From: Lama guanicoe
Taxonomy: Eukaryota
Assembly: GCA_013239625.1 (NCBI GenBank)
Contig: MU054001.1
Span: 5,319,078-5,383,077 of the forward strand
DNA length: 64,000 bases
Direction of reading: 5' to 3'
The notes under the pieces were generated by a model. That model worked only from the letters and a program-made list of their open reading frames with translations, was not told where the DNA came from and did not search any database. Shown here one piece after another: positions 49,780 through 62,377 of this stretch. Position numbers and translations under genes: made by a program. Each line of letters starts with the position of its first letter. Position 1 is the first letter of the stretch.

Positions 49780-50800
49780 CCCATTCTCCTGCCCCTGCAC
49801 CTTAATTGAGGCTTAATCTCAGCAGACCAAGTGAAGCCCACAAATTAGCCATGGGTTCCTGCCCTCTGGCTCCCCACCGGATGGGATGGAGGGACCAACT
49901 GAGCCAGGAGGGAGCATGAGGCTGGGCCAGACGGCGGCGGCTGAGTGCAGTTGAGCGCCTACAGCGCTTGCTCATATTTAAAACTTCCTTTCATATATTT
50001 TTAATAAAACAACTGATACAAATTCAAAACCAACTTCATAAATCAAACATTATTCAATGCTGGCAGCTTCAAGGTTTCCCGGCGCTTGGCTGGGAGCGCG
50101 TCGCTCTCCCAGACGGGCTTCGTACTCCAGTGCTTGAGGTTTTGTGAAAGGTTTATTGGATTTCATAGTCCCTTAAGGGGAAACCCTTTAAATGTCTTTG
50201 CAATTATAAGTCTAATAACACTTCCAGCCCTTGGACACAGCCTTGACTTGACAGAGATAAGGAACTCGAAGTTGCTCAGTCAATACCAAGCTATTAATCT
50301 CTGTCACCTCGCTGTCACTGCGGCTCAGGAAAACAATGTCGTTTCTTGACCTAGGTGAAGGCATGGAGTGATTTTATTCAGAATGTCAGCATTCATCAAC
50401 CCAGATTTTGTCACCCCCTCACTCCCTAGAAGAACTCTCAGTTCCTCCATCCTGCCTGTGTTGACACCCTTCCAGGGGAAAGAGTTACTTGGCCTATTAT
50501 TATTATTTAGCACTTATTCAAGTGTAAAAAGCCTTTAAGAATAAAGTTTTTCCTGCCATGAAGAGACCTGGCAGATGAATCACTGTGCCGCTCCTCGGTG
50601 ACCCAAGCCAAGGACGGCTGGAAGTTACCAAGCGCAGCGTTTGTTTACATATTCAAATGAAGGTTAATTTTTATCCTGTCTCCTCTCAGATTTGATTAGG
50701 GTGGGGCTCTCCCCCCTCCTTCAGTGGCATCCTCCTCCTTGACCTTGAATGAAACCCAAGAAATTGTTTAAAAGAAAAGCCAACAAAAATCCTAATGAGA
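49780..50800. promoter_or_regulatory. Candidate enhancer / conserved non-coding element
   Basis: Repeat-free, CpG-retaining; PBX-HOX, three MEIS and one FOX motif (see findings). Confidence 0.4.
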
Positions 50801-51842
50801 AATTAACAAGGAAGGATCAGATGGCTCCCGGCTGAGCAGTCAGCCATCCCCTGGCTGCAGGCAAGGGGACCAGGGAATGCCGGCTTGTGCCCAGCTGGGA
50901 CCCGGCCTCTGGAGCACAGGGTAGGATGAAGCAATGCTGGTGGGCACCCACCCTAGATAGAGCTCAGGGTGCCTTCAAGGTGGGGGAAGTGCCAGCAGGC
51001 TTCCAAAGGCCTGTGTCTGTCCTCGGGCAGTTCCAGGGTTGAGAATTCACTCCAGAGTCTTTGTAGCTGCGTGGACTGCCTCGGGGCTGTGGTGGCAGGG
51101 GAGCAGGCAGGGCTCCAGGCCTCCAGACCATCAGTTGTAACTGTTCTATAAGGTGTACCCCACATCAGAGTTTTTTGCATTTATGTTTGAGCCCTCAGAG
51201 GTCTTCAGACCTGGAACACCTTAGCTCAGACACTTTCTGGGTCACTTTTCTGACTTGTGTTTTAACCAGATGCCCTGTCTTTCAGAAAGGGTTGGTATCA
51301 TGGGCCGCCATGGAAACACATTTCTGCCTTCACAGGAAACTAGCAGGAAGCACTGCCTCCTAGTCAATAGTTCCTATCCAAGAATCTTGAATAGATTATA
51401 ACTCAGTTATAAACATAACAACCTTCTGTCTCCTTGGAGAAAACTCTGAGGGCTTTCCTTTTTTACTGTGAATGCCAGGAAGCTCAAGCCCAAATTACCT
51501 ACTAAAGCTGGTGTGTTTGCATTAAACTTTGGTCTTGATTTTTTTCCCGCTGTTTGTATTTTGGCAACTTGTTATCACATCCTTTCCTTTAGGTTACTTT
51601 GAATCCCTTTTCCATAGATATGAGGTTTAAAAGAACAAATAAATTTCAGGAACCCAGGGACTGAGCCCAGGCTGGGACTTCATAGATCAAAGTGTGGTCC
51701 CAGCTCTGCATCTGACTTCGCTGAGGTCTGAGGTCTGGGTGAGTATTTGCCAGGCCTCAGCTTTCTCATTTATAGAAAGACTATAGGATACAGCTATATA
51801 TATATATGGGACAAATATACGATAAAGCTAAATAGAGAGATG

Positions 51843-51846
<4 letters not shown>

Positions 51847-51913
<67 letters not shown>

Positions 51914-51922
51914 TGATTGATT
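51847..51922. repeat. Compound microsatellite (GATA)16(GATT)3
   Basis: Uninterrupted GATA 51847-51910 followed by GATT x3. Confidence 0.97.
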
Positions 51923-51994
51923 TGTCTATAGGACAAAATTAACTCTGATTCACTAATCTTCTTCCAGGTACCTCCAGTGCCCACATTGCGAAGA

Positions 51995-52370
51995 TGAAGC
52001 ATGGAAATTAAGAGCAGGAAATCTGGAGCTAGCCTTCCTCAGGGTAGAAGATGCCCAGCTCGTCCTGGTATACCTGGGAGTGTCCTGGTTTTAACACCTG
52101 AAGTCCAAGGTCTCAGGCAACCACTCAGTCCCAGGCAAATTGGGATGGTTTGTCACCCTACAGGTTCATCTCCTAACTTGCCTCTTACTGTCGATGTAAC
52201 CTTGGGCAAGTTAATTAAGTTACTTGTGCCTCAGCTTCCTCAGTCTTCAGGACAGGAATATAAACAGAGCTTCCTCCTGGCATTGTTATAAGTCATAAGC
52301 ACATTCGTATTTGTAAAACACATAAAACAGTCTTGGCACATAGAAAGCACTATGAGTGTTTTTTAAATTA
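51995..52370 (+). mobile_element. MIR interrupted by a MER81-like hAT-Blackjack MITE (~52040-52160)
   Basis: MITE 'gtcctggttttaacacctgaagtcc...ctcagtcccaggcaaattgggatggtttgtcacccta'; MIR resumes 'accttgggcaagttaattaagttacttgtgcctcagcttcctc'. Confidence 0.75.
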
Positions 52371-53319
52371 ATGCTATAGCCATTTGCTTCCTGCACAAGT
52401 TGGGGAAATTTTTCAAAATAATTGTTTACCAAAAAAAAAATCTACCCTGACATTCATGGAGCAAAAGTTGTTATCCTGAAGCCAATACTATCTCTGAGCT
52501 ACTCTGGGTGAAAGCAGAGGAAGGCACAGCTCCCAGGGAGAGTCAGGCTCTGTGTGACTCAGGGAAACCACTCATTCTGGACAGACGGACAGAACCCACT
52601 TGCCCTGCATCGAGAGGCCAGCAAGCCAGCCAACCTCAATGTTTTGCTGGTGATTACAGCCATCAGGCAAGGAGGCTGGGGTGTGCCTCTAGTGTCTTCC
52701 AGAGAGTTCAGCCAGAGTCACAAAGAAAGAAAGTTTGGATGTCACCAGCCATCCCTTGTGAGAACCCAGTGTGGTACTGCTGAGTGGGCTGGAGGGCGGA
52801 ACCTTGGGGTGTTTTGGGGGATTAGACAGCATCTCTGCAGGGCTCTGTCTCCTCACCTGAGACAGGACCAGGACTCAGCTCCCTGGAGCTCAGGCAAGGA
52901 GTTTCTTCCTTCCATGTCCCACCCACAGCCATGCCGAGCTGCCCGGATGGCTGAGCAAGCCCCTGACTGGAGACCACGTCCCTGTTATCACATCTGTCCT
53001 TATTAGGCAGCCACTGTGCACTCAGCTTGTGCTGAGCTGACCCCTGCTCTCCAGGAAATTACTCTCTGCTTGGCAGACAAGACTAACAGCATCTGCAGAT
53101 CCTTCACCCAGCACTTGCTTCTGCCTTCAATTGTCTCACCTCCATCTCTCCTCCCGAGTAAGAAGTGAAACTTTTCCAAGGCATGGAGTAGCCACTAAGC
53201 CTCTCTTCCCATGTGTCCCCTTGCAGAGCCTGGCATGGGGGCTGGCCTCCTGGAGGCCCTCACACCCTTCATCTCCAGCAAATACTGACTCCGTAAAATG
53301 AAAGAAAGTCTGTTAAGAC

Positions 53320-53510
53320 TTGTGCTGTTCAATATGGTAGCCCTAGCCACACTATAGCTATTGAAATGAATTCAATTAAATTAAAAATTTAGTCCCTTAG
53401 TCACATGAGCCACATGGGCTCAATAACCACTTGTGGCTGGTGGCTACCATATTGCCCAGCAAAGATAAAAAACATTTCCATTGTTGCAGACAGTTTTATT
53501 GGGCTCTGCT
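53320..53510. mobile_element. MER3-like hAT-Charlie MITE
   Basis: Internal inverted repeat 'caatatggtagccctagccaca' / 'tgtggctggtggctaccatattg'; 'aacatttccattgttgcagacagttttattgg'. Confidence 0.8.
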
Positions 53511-54129
53511 GATTGAGAATATATAAAGAGAAAGAGGGTTATTAGACAGGACCCAAACCGTTGGGGTGGTAACCACCAGGACCTCAGGTTTCTGAGACTG
53601 AGACCTTGTGCACAATTGGCCTGGAAGACTCAGGAAAGTACATTGATCCAGAAAGTCTTCCATGTGTTAAGGGATTACCTAATGTCATAGGTAAATACTG
53701 ATTCAGGGAGAGGAGCTTTCACAAGGATGTTATACGCTGACATTCCCAATCTAGCTCCCTCCCAGTATGACACGTTCTAATGGGAAGAGGCGGAGGAAGG
53801 GAGCACCTTCAGGAGGACCAATGTGGCTGAGCTCTCGCCATGGTCCTCCCCCACTGTAACCCTTGCCTCCTGTCCGGGAGCTTGGGGCACAGTATAGTCA
53901 TCGCATCCTTCAAAACACTGAAGATACAGAAGTAAACAGGCTTCTGGCTCTTTAGGTCTCTCCCTGGGCCCAGCAACATTCAGTCAGCAAGCAAATAACA
54001 AAACAGGGTCTAGATATCAGCTGGGAGAAAAGCCAGGAGATCATGTAAGGGGAATAAAATAGGAAGCCAACTCCTTCCTAATCTTGTTGCAGCCAAGGCT
54101 CCTGACTCTGATGGCTAAGTGGGGGCCCC

Positions 54130-54280
54130 TGAGTCATTACCTCATTTAATCCTCACCGTGGTCCTATGAGACAGACACCAAGAGCCACCCCATCTTACAA
54201 ATGTGGAACTAAGGTTTGGTGAAGCTCAACAACTTGCCCAGCCATGCACCAAGTAAGCAGGAAAGATAAAGATTTGGTCA
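54130..54280 (-). mobile_element. MIR
   Basis: 'ctcatttaatcctcac...cccatcttacaaatgtggaactaagg...aacttgccca'. Confidence 0.7.
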
Positions 54281-55099
54281 AATTGGTAGTTATAATGTGG
54301 GTTTATAGGCCACATTATGGGATCATAATCCTTTCAAGTTTGAATGAGGGAACTGAAAATTCAGTGGAAAATGTCAAAGAAGAAATTAGCTTCTATAATA
54401 ACTTCTAAATGGCTCAACTGAGCAGCTCTCTGAAAACTCAGATGATTAAAGATGTGGTCGAGTGTTTCCTTTGGCAGTAGGAAACTGCCTTTGTCTTGAG
54501 AAACATTTTCTCTCCCACCTGCTCACCGAGGTGAGACCAGGGTTAGAGGCCTGGAGGGAGAGACTCCAACAGCACAAGATGGGAGCAGATGAGATTTCTT
54601 TGACCAGGTAACGTGTCAGTACCTATAGCACCCTCCCCAAATGGCAGCCCACAGGGAGTCAGGTCAGATAGTGTTACATTCTGCCAGCTGTAGATATGGG
54701 TAGGGGCATTGGGCCTGGCTCCTGGGGGCACACAGCTCATAAATCAGCCCCCGAGCCTGCTGCACCATTGCAATGCTTCTCTTTCAGGCAGCCCTGAGAA
54801 AAAATGGCTCCATCTGCTCACTGCTAGGTAATAAATAAAGCAGAATTGGAGCAAAATGGATGGAAAGCAATTTTTGGAAGATAAATTTCTGAAGGAATTC
54901 GCCACCATTTGTGCGCTTCTTCTGGTGCTAAAATGGCCACCTGAGACCCCACCAGGCCCAAGAACTAGAGGAGGCAGTAACAGGCAAAAGAGAGAAGAAA
55001 GGTCCTTCCTGGTGATGGGCTGGTCAGGAAAGAGTTCTCACAAAGGACTTCCCATTACTGACTCCTCCCCCTTCTCTTTGCCCTTCTTCTTCATTTTCT

Positions 55100-55244
55100 C
55101 CATCATCATCTTCATCATCACCATCACCATCTCCATCATCACCATCATTATCATCATCACCACCATCATCACCAATAGCATTTCCATCATCACCACCATC
55201 ATCACCATCTCATCATTATCATCATCACTACCATCATCATCATC
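55100..55244. repeat. Imperfect (CAT/CAC)n trinucleotide repeat at the tail of an antisense MIR
   Basis: catcatcatcttcatcatcaccatcacc...catcatcatcatca. Confidence 0.92.
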
Positions 55245-55329
55245 ACAGTTAACTGGCTAATTGGCTTATTGAGGCCCTAATGTGTACTAGCACTCTGCTG
55301 AAATCTCTATAGCTTTATGGGAATTATCT

Positions 55330-55935
55330 CCTTTCAAGTCATTAAGGCCTGCCCTGACCATGCTACATGACACTGCAAAAATCCCTCCCCATGGCATTCT
55401 CCATGCCCCCTCCTTTGTTCTATTTTTCTCCATAACTGTTACTGCTTTCTAACATACTCAAATAATTTACTTATTCCTGTTTAGCATCTGTCTTCCTCAG
55501 CTAGAATAGATGCTCTTTTTCTCCAAGTTTTGCTGAGATGTAATTGACATACGTCATTGTATGTGTTTCAGGTATACAGCATCAAGGTTTGACTTACATA
55601 CATTGTAAAATGATTATCACAATAAGTTTAGTGAACATCCATCATCTTGTATAGATACCATAAAAAAGAAATGGTAAAAATAAAGAAAACATTTTCTCCT
55701 TATAATAAGAACTCTTAGAATTTACTTTCTTAACAACTTTCATATACATCATAACAGCACTGGGAACCATCGTCATGTTGTACATTACATCCCTAGTAGC
55801 ATAGATGATCTTAAGGGCAGGAAATTTTTCTGATTTTCTACCACTGTATCCCCAGTTCTGGGAATAATTCCTGACCTATGGAAGGCACCCAATAAATTTA
55901 TTCAATAAGTAAATGGGTAAATGAATGAATGAATG
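55330..55935 (+). mobile_element. L2 3' end split by an antisense L1 3' fragment (55518-55796)
   Basis: L2 'tgtcttcctcagctagaat | ...aagggcagg...ccactgtatccccag...aatgaatgaatgaat'; TSD tag(a/c)atagatg(c/a)tctt at 55502-55517 and 55797-55812. Confidence 0.85.
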
Positions 55936-56688
55936 ATCCCTGGAATCCTCACAAGCCTATGAAGCATATCTGGTCCTTGCCTATCTCTCCACATTCATTT
56001 CTTGCCTCGGGCCCCACGACATCTCATATATGCCGTGACATCTAAGTGCAGTTGCTTTAATGCTGGAGCTCCTAGCTGCCTTCCTTAGTGCATGCTGTCT
56101 CCCTTATCTGAAAGACCTCCACACACACCTTCAGGCAGGCTTCAGCAGTTCCTTCAGGTCTTCTCTGACTGCCTAGAAGAGTCATCCTTGTCCTTCTTCC
56201 CTTTTAGTTCTTGCAGGATATGTGCTCCTTTGTTTACTTATAGGAGTGGACACCTGCCTGAATTCAGTCCACAGGAGAAGTAGATTTCTCTAGATCACCA
56301 TGGAGCCTGGCACAGAGTAGGTACTCAAGAAATAGTCTTAACTCATTTATAGATGAGGAAATTGGGATGAGGACCGGATCTAAATCCAAAGCCAGTAAAC
56401 TTAGGCACCACTGTCTGCATTTCTTTGCTTCTTGGTAAGGTCAGCCACCTTCACAGCCATGTCTATTACCTGTCCGTCCTGCTTTGCAGGTGATCTCCCT
56501 CAACACCATTTTTAGCAATCACTTCCTTGTTCCTGCTGTCAGTGAATATGTATTTGGCACCTCTGGGCCAGATGCCATTCTAGAAGATCTGCTCAAGGTA
56601 GACCAGATCCCTGCTCTCACGGAGCTTTCCTTTTAGTAAGAAGACGGACAATAACAAGTGAATAACAAAGAATAATAAATTTCAGAGC

Positions 56689-56782
56689 TGGAGTGGGGAC
56701 TAGCTCGATGGCAGAGCACATGCCTAGCATGTCCAATCCCCAGTACCTCCATTAAAAAAAAAAAACTTAAGGAAAAAAAAAG
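56689..56782 (+). mobile_element. tRNA-Ala-derived SINE with internal deletion, inserted in an antisense L2
   Basis: 'tagctcgatggcagagcacatgcctagcatg/tccaatccccagtacctcca' plus poly(A); perfect 12-bp TSD aaatttcagagc at 56677-56688 and 56783-56794. Confidence 0.85.
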
Positions 56783-59006
56783 AAATTTCAGAGCAACACA
56801 GATGCTGTGAAGACAGTAGAAATGGGAGTGACGTGGTAGGGAGGTGAAGGGCTACTCTAAATAAGGTGCTTACATCTCATTCTCCTATTTTTGCCTTCCC
56901 TGCATATCAGAAAAACCCTCTTAGCCACCTCTTCTGCTCCACAGGAAGCTTTTCAGCCACTGTCTCTGCTTAGTCTGATCCTCTGCATCAGCCCAACAGA
57001 TGAGATTCTGTGTCCATCAAAGCAAAGAACAGAATGAAAAAATAGAATCCCTGCTGGCCCTGGGTCAAAGCTCTTGATCAGGCCTTGTGTCTGTCTCATG
57101 TGTTTTAAATTTCCATTGTATCTGACATCCCAGGGACAGAGGCAAGCCCAGAAAATGCACATGGCAAATGTGGAGACTCAGATGCTGTGCCCCTTCTGCT
57201 CTCTGGGTCGTACGTGGATAATTTAGAGCTAACCGGGGTTTTTCTTGTAATGTCCAAGTCCTATGTCGGAACTGAGATTTTTTTGTTCCCCAATGGAAGT
57301 AGAAGGGACTTAAAAATGCATCTGAGTGTGGTTAAATAGTTTTTCTAAAAGTTCACTGAATTGGGCTGCTATTAAGACAGAGCATAAGGTAACACAAATT
57401 TAGGGTGGGGGAAAATGCACCACAGTTTCCTCTGGAAGCAGCGGTCCAGCTTCTAGCCCCAGCCTCTTCTCCAACCTTAACTCCCCCACGCAGATGGAGG
57501 ATGTGGAACACGACCTGGGTTCTGTGCTTGCTCCAGCACACACTTGTTTTATAACCTTGACACATCTTAATCCTCCCTCAATCTCACCTTTTCTACATGT
57601 ACAAGCAGAAAGTTAGCTTTATCTTACCTTCCTCATAGGCTGGCTGTAAGGCTGTGAATATTGACCCCATATAACTTCTCCAGCCCTTCCTCTACACTAA
57701 CCCAGAGATTTTGCTCTACACAGAGCAAAGACTCCAGTAACTATCATCAAATACATTGGATGGATAGACGGATGGATGGATGGACGAACAGATGGAACCC
57801 AATCACATCAAAATGGATATCTTTCTAAAGGTAGAAAAACTGAAGGGAAGTTGCCTTAAGAGTGACTAGGAGAAGCTGGAGAGATGCCCTACTTCAGCCA
57901 AGAGGCTGACTCAGGTCATTTTTCATCTTCATGTAGTCTTTTCTATATGAAAAGGGCACAGGAATGACTGGAGTGGAGCCTTTGACAGCAAGAGAAAAAC
58001 AGAGTAGAAACCGTGGCTCCTCTCCTTTTCCTGGGGTGAAGAATAAGGAAGAAGGTTGGACAATGAAGATTTCAAATGGCTTTGAGAGGTGTGGAGACTT
58101 CTGTACTGTAACAGTTCCTCTCACTATGTGTTTCTGTCTCTCCATCTCTCTGCTTCCCATGGTCTGTCTTTTGTCTGGGCCTGGCACCTGAGTTGAGGGC
58201 TCCATATAAATATCAAGCATCTTGGTGACAGCGTGGTCCGTTGCACACTGGCCCCACCTCATTCTGCAAAGCAGGAGAGGATGAAGCATGAGGAGGAAAT
58301 GAGGTCAGCAGAAACAAAGCCAGAATGGAAATTGTGACAAAAATATAAGATGTTTATTTCAAGCCTAATGAGGCAAACCACACTTCAGGAAGATGGCAAT
58401 TATAACTTGACGGTAACAGATTGGAGGTGCCATTGCTGCTCTGCAACCCCACAAGCAGGGTTGCTTTCTGGGCCTCCCTTCTCCGGGAGTCAGCAGCCCA
58501 CAGGAGCCCAGGCTCAGGCAGCAGGTGGCCAGCTCTGCACAGAGGGGATCCGAGTCACTCCCAGGGGCCCAGGCCCTGCCCAGAGCCCAGCTGGCTCAGC
58601 CACATCCATCAGCACTGCCTCTTCCTTTCTCTGTACAGCCTGGGGGTTCCCAAATGTCACTCACTCACACGGCATCTTCACAGGTTTTGCCATACCCACC
58701 TATCACCTGTACCAATTATTCTTCCCTTGCTTTGATTTATTTTATTTATTTGTAAAGGGAAACTTCACAACATACTTGCCATAGATGAAAGACTGGATCA
58801 CTTGTTACAATTAATTAGCATGACCACATAACTCTTAAAATAAAAGTCATTCCTCCACGTATTACCAAAACTGTTGCACACTTATAATGGTCCCCATCCC
58901 ACCTTGAGATTCAATTAGACTTGAAATCAATCCTGGATTATTCCGAACTCTTCTTACTATGACTTTCAAAGCCTGAGATCTTTTTTGAACTTTCAAAATT
59001 TTATCA

Positions 59007-59138
59007 TGGCGGGGAGAGTACAGTTCAGTGTGTGCTAGCATGCATGAGGTCCTGGGTAATGAAGCCCAGCACTCTCATTAAAAATAAATAAATAAAACTA
59101 ATTACCTCCCCTCCAAAAGACAAAATAAAAAGTTTCTT
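59007..59138 (+). mobile_element. tRNA-Ala-derived SINE (more diverged)
   Basis: 'gtgtgctagcatgcatgaggtcctgggt'; tail 'aaataaataaaactaattacctcccc'; near-TSD aaaa(t/g)tt(t/c)atca at 58995-59006 and 59139-59150. Confidence 0.75.
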
Positions 59139-59832
59139 AAAAGTTCATCACACTGTATTGCTATTCATTCATTCATGCATGCATGCATTCAATTCATTCT
59201 ATAGATAAATACCAAGCTACCATGTGCCAGGCACTGTTCTAAACACTTGACACGCAACAGTGAGTGAAATGGACCAAAACATTGCTGCCTTTTTGGAGCT
59301 TCCCTTTGATTGATAAAAACAGACAAATAATAAACATAATAAGGAAATTATATAGTAAATGAGAAAGGAGAAAATGCTGTGGGATTCGGAGATTGCGAAA
59401 GAAAAGATGAAAACTTCAACTAGATGGTCAGGGAGATCGGCACAGAGAAGGTGAGCTGGGAAGAAAGGGAGAGGGAGCCAGGTGGCATCTGGGAACAGAG
59501 GATTCCGGGCTAGGGACCAGCAGTCATCAAGACGCTGGGTGAAGGATCAGCAAGGATGCTGGTGTATGTGATGCTGAGAATAGTAGGAAAAGAGGTTAGA
59601 GAAGTGACAGGGACCAGACTGGATGGAACTTGTGAGCCATTTGGGGAACTGGGGTTTTACTGGGGGGGAAATTGGGAGCCTTTGAAGGATTTCAGGCAGA
59701 AGCAAGAAATGATGTAACTTACGTTTTAAAAGAATCACTCTGGCTGCTCTGTTCAGAATAGGCTATTGGGGGGTGGGGGTGGGGAAAGGTCAGGGATAGA
59801 AGCAGGGAGGCCTGACATTGAGATCATCAGAA

Positions 59833-59923
59833 GGTGAAGGGTATAGCTCAGTGGTAAAGCACATACTTAGCATGCACAAGGTCCTGGCTTTAATCGCCAG
59901 TATCTCCACTGAAAAAAAAAAAA
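59833..59923 (+). mobile_element. tRNA-Ala-derived SINE (short form)
   Basis: 'gggtatagctcagtggtaaagcacatacttagcatgcacaaggtcctgg' plus poly(A); near-TSD gaga(t/c)catca(g/a)aa at 59820-59832 and 59933-59945. Confidence 0.82.
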
Positions 59924-60203
59924 GGAGTGAGAGAGACCATCAAAATAATCCACTAGTGAGATGTTGATGCATGGACAGAGTGGTCGATGTCGAGGTCAGA
60001 TTCTGGATGTATTGCGAAGACGTATATTGAAGGATTGAATTTGGGATGTGAAACAGAGAAATCAAGGACACCAAAATTTCTGACTTGAGTAACCAGAAGT
60101 ACTGAGTCAACATCGACTGAGATGGACACTGAAGGGAGGAGGTTTGTGGGGAAAGGAGTTCAGTTTGGGATAAGATGAGTTTAAGATGTCTGTTGGGTAT
60201 ATC

Positions 60204-60536
60204 TGATAGACTATGCAATTGCCATGAATGTCTGCAATCTTTCCCTGCTTCACTGATGTCAAAATTGACCATGGGAGTTGATTTGGCCAATGAAATGTAA
60301 GCAGAAATTTTAAGAACCAGTTTATGGCTTGCCACGTTTCCTATTCACCATTATACTGTGATCAGCAATGTTCCAGATGGGAACTGCTCCAACAGCCTGA
60401 GTCCTGCAGTGATGATGACATAGTGCAGAGCATGGAGGATACGTAGTATGAGTGAGAAATAAACCTTTTCGTGATATACCACTGAGATTTGAGGTCATTG
60501 TTAGCAAAGCATAACCGGTCTCTCCTGCCTGATACA
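60204..60536 (+). mobile_element. MaLR solo LTR (MLT1J-like) nested in L2
   Basis: tg...ca termini; 'ttggccaatgaaatgtaagcagaa', 'atgagtgagaaataaacc...ccactgagattt'; flanks atatc / gcatc. Confidence 0.8.
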
Positions 60537-61989
60537 GCATCCTAGCAGAAATGTCAAGTAGGCAGCGGGGTATACTTGTCTTGAGTGAAAGAGAGAGGTC
60601 CAGGCTGGAGAAATAAATTAGGAAGCCACTGATGTGTAGATAGTATTTGAGTCCTAAAGACTGGGTGAAACCAAGGGAAGACACACAAGAAAAGAGGGCC
60701 AAGAACTAAGTCCTGGAGATTCCAACATTCAGAAATGGTGAGAGGAGGAGGATGCGGAAAAGAGCTGAGAAGGAATGAATAGTGTAAAGAAGGAAAGGTA
60801 ACAGAGCTTAGTGTCCTGGGATCCCAGGGGAGAAAGGGTACCAAAGAGGAGAACTGATCATGACTAATGCTGCTGACAGTTCAACCAAGGTGAGAACTCA
60901 GAATTGACTGCTGGATTTGGCAACACGGAAGTCATTGATGGTCCTTCCAATGGCTATTCTGGTGTAGTGGTGGGGGCAAAAGTCAGACGGGGTCTGGTTT
61001 AAGAGAAAAGGGGAGGGAAGGAACTGGAGACAGCAAACACAGACAACTCTAGGAGGGGCTGCCCTGCAGAGATGGGAAGAGAAACGCAGTTGTAGCTGAC
61101 ACAATAAATGGGGTCAAGGTATCATTTTTAAGTGGAGAAAGATGACAGCACTGCTGGTATGTTTTAGAGAAAGCTCTGGTAGGGAGGAAATTTCTGCTGC
61201 AGTGAGAGGTAGAGGAAAGGATTGCTGGAGTAAGCTCCCTGAAGAGTCAAGAGGGGGTGGGATCCAGTGCACGGCTGGAGGATTGGTTTCCTACTGGGGT
61301 CCAGATGATTCTTCTGTGGTTAACAGGTGGGAAGGCAGAACATTAGACATCAAATCTTCCACGTTCTAAATTCAGAGGGCCACCCATGATACCTTGGGCC
61401 ACCTCCATAACTCTTTGGCCTCTTCCAGTTATTCAAATAATGGTGTAAGCTTACACCTGTAATTTTTTCCCCTTTAATCTCCAGATTTGATTCAGAGCTC
61501 CCCTTCTTCCCTCCCCCAGCCAGCCTCACGCTGCTCAGAGAAAAGAAAGAAGCACAAGGTCCAGATCTGAGATTTTTCCCTCTTCTTCCCGTTTCCAGTT
61601 CTTCTAGTTTGGGGGACAAGGAAGGAAGGTCATAGTGGGTATTTTCTCCCTCCCATGTGTGCTGCTATGTAGCAGTTGGGGAGGGGTCCTGTCAGGCCAG
61701 TTCTATCTGAAGCTTTGGATTCCATATGAGTGTTCACAGAGCCAGGGTTCAGCTGCTCCCTGCCCTCCTCGCTGGATGATGGAGGCTCTCCCCCAAAGAA
61801 GTTGCAACATCTCCATGTAGCCCTGTCAGTAGAACCACCCTTCTCTGGGTCAGACATCCCTTTGCTTAACCCAACATTTACCAGGGCACCCCAGTCTTCT
61901 CTCCCTTTGCCAACTTCATGCTCTGCCAGGGTCATTGTCCACAACTCCCAGAGCCAGGGAGCCCTGCACTCCCTATCCTCCTCTACCTG

Positions 61990-62345
61990 ATTTGAGACAA
62001 GTGATGCCATCTGACCGTATTTTATTGTCTGACTCCCCAACTAGATTGTAAAATCCATGAGAGCAGGAATGTTTGTCCAGTTCACTGTGAAATCCCCTGT
62101 GCCCATAAGGACCTGCCATCTTGTTGATACTCAACAAATATTTATTAAAAATGAATGGATGCTGCATAGGACAGGGAATCATATTCAGTATCTTATAATA
62201 ACCTTTAATGAAAAAGAATATGAAAATGAATACATGTATATATGCATGACTGGGACATGGTGCTGTACACCAGAAATTGACACATTGTAACTGACAATAT
62301 TTCAATAAAAAAATTTTTTTTAGTGAATGGATGAATGAATGAAGT
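61990..62345 (+). mobile_element. L2 3' end with a short L1 3' end (62162-62320) inserted in its (GAAT)n tail
   Basis: L2 'ctccccaactagattgtaaaatccatgagagcagg'; L1 'acagggaatcatattcagtatc...tgtacaccagaaattgacacattgtaactgac'; tgaatggatg at 62152-62161 and 62324-62333. Confidence 0.8.
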
Positions 62346-62377
62346 AGGAATTGTACCCAACTTCTTCCTGAACACAT

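Larger units (their letters stand above)
59160..61340 (-). mobile_element. Long L2 remnant (~1.7 kb net) carrying a nested SINE and an LTR
   Basis: 'attcattcattc...catgtgccaggcactgttctaa', 'ttttaaaagaatcactctggctgct', 'ggatttggcaacacggaagtcattg'. Confidence 0.88.

Noticed and set aside
54856..55260. 134-aa ORF with an Ile/Thr/Ser-rich, membrane-like C-terminus
   Set aside because: The composition is simply the translation of the (CAT/CAC)n repeat.
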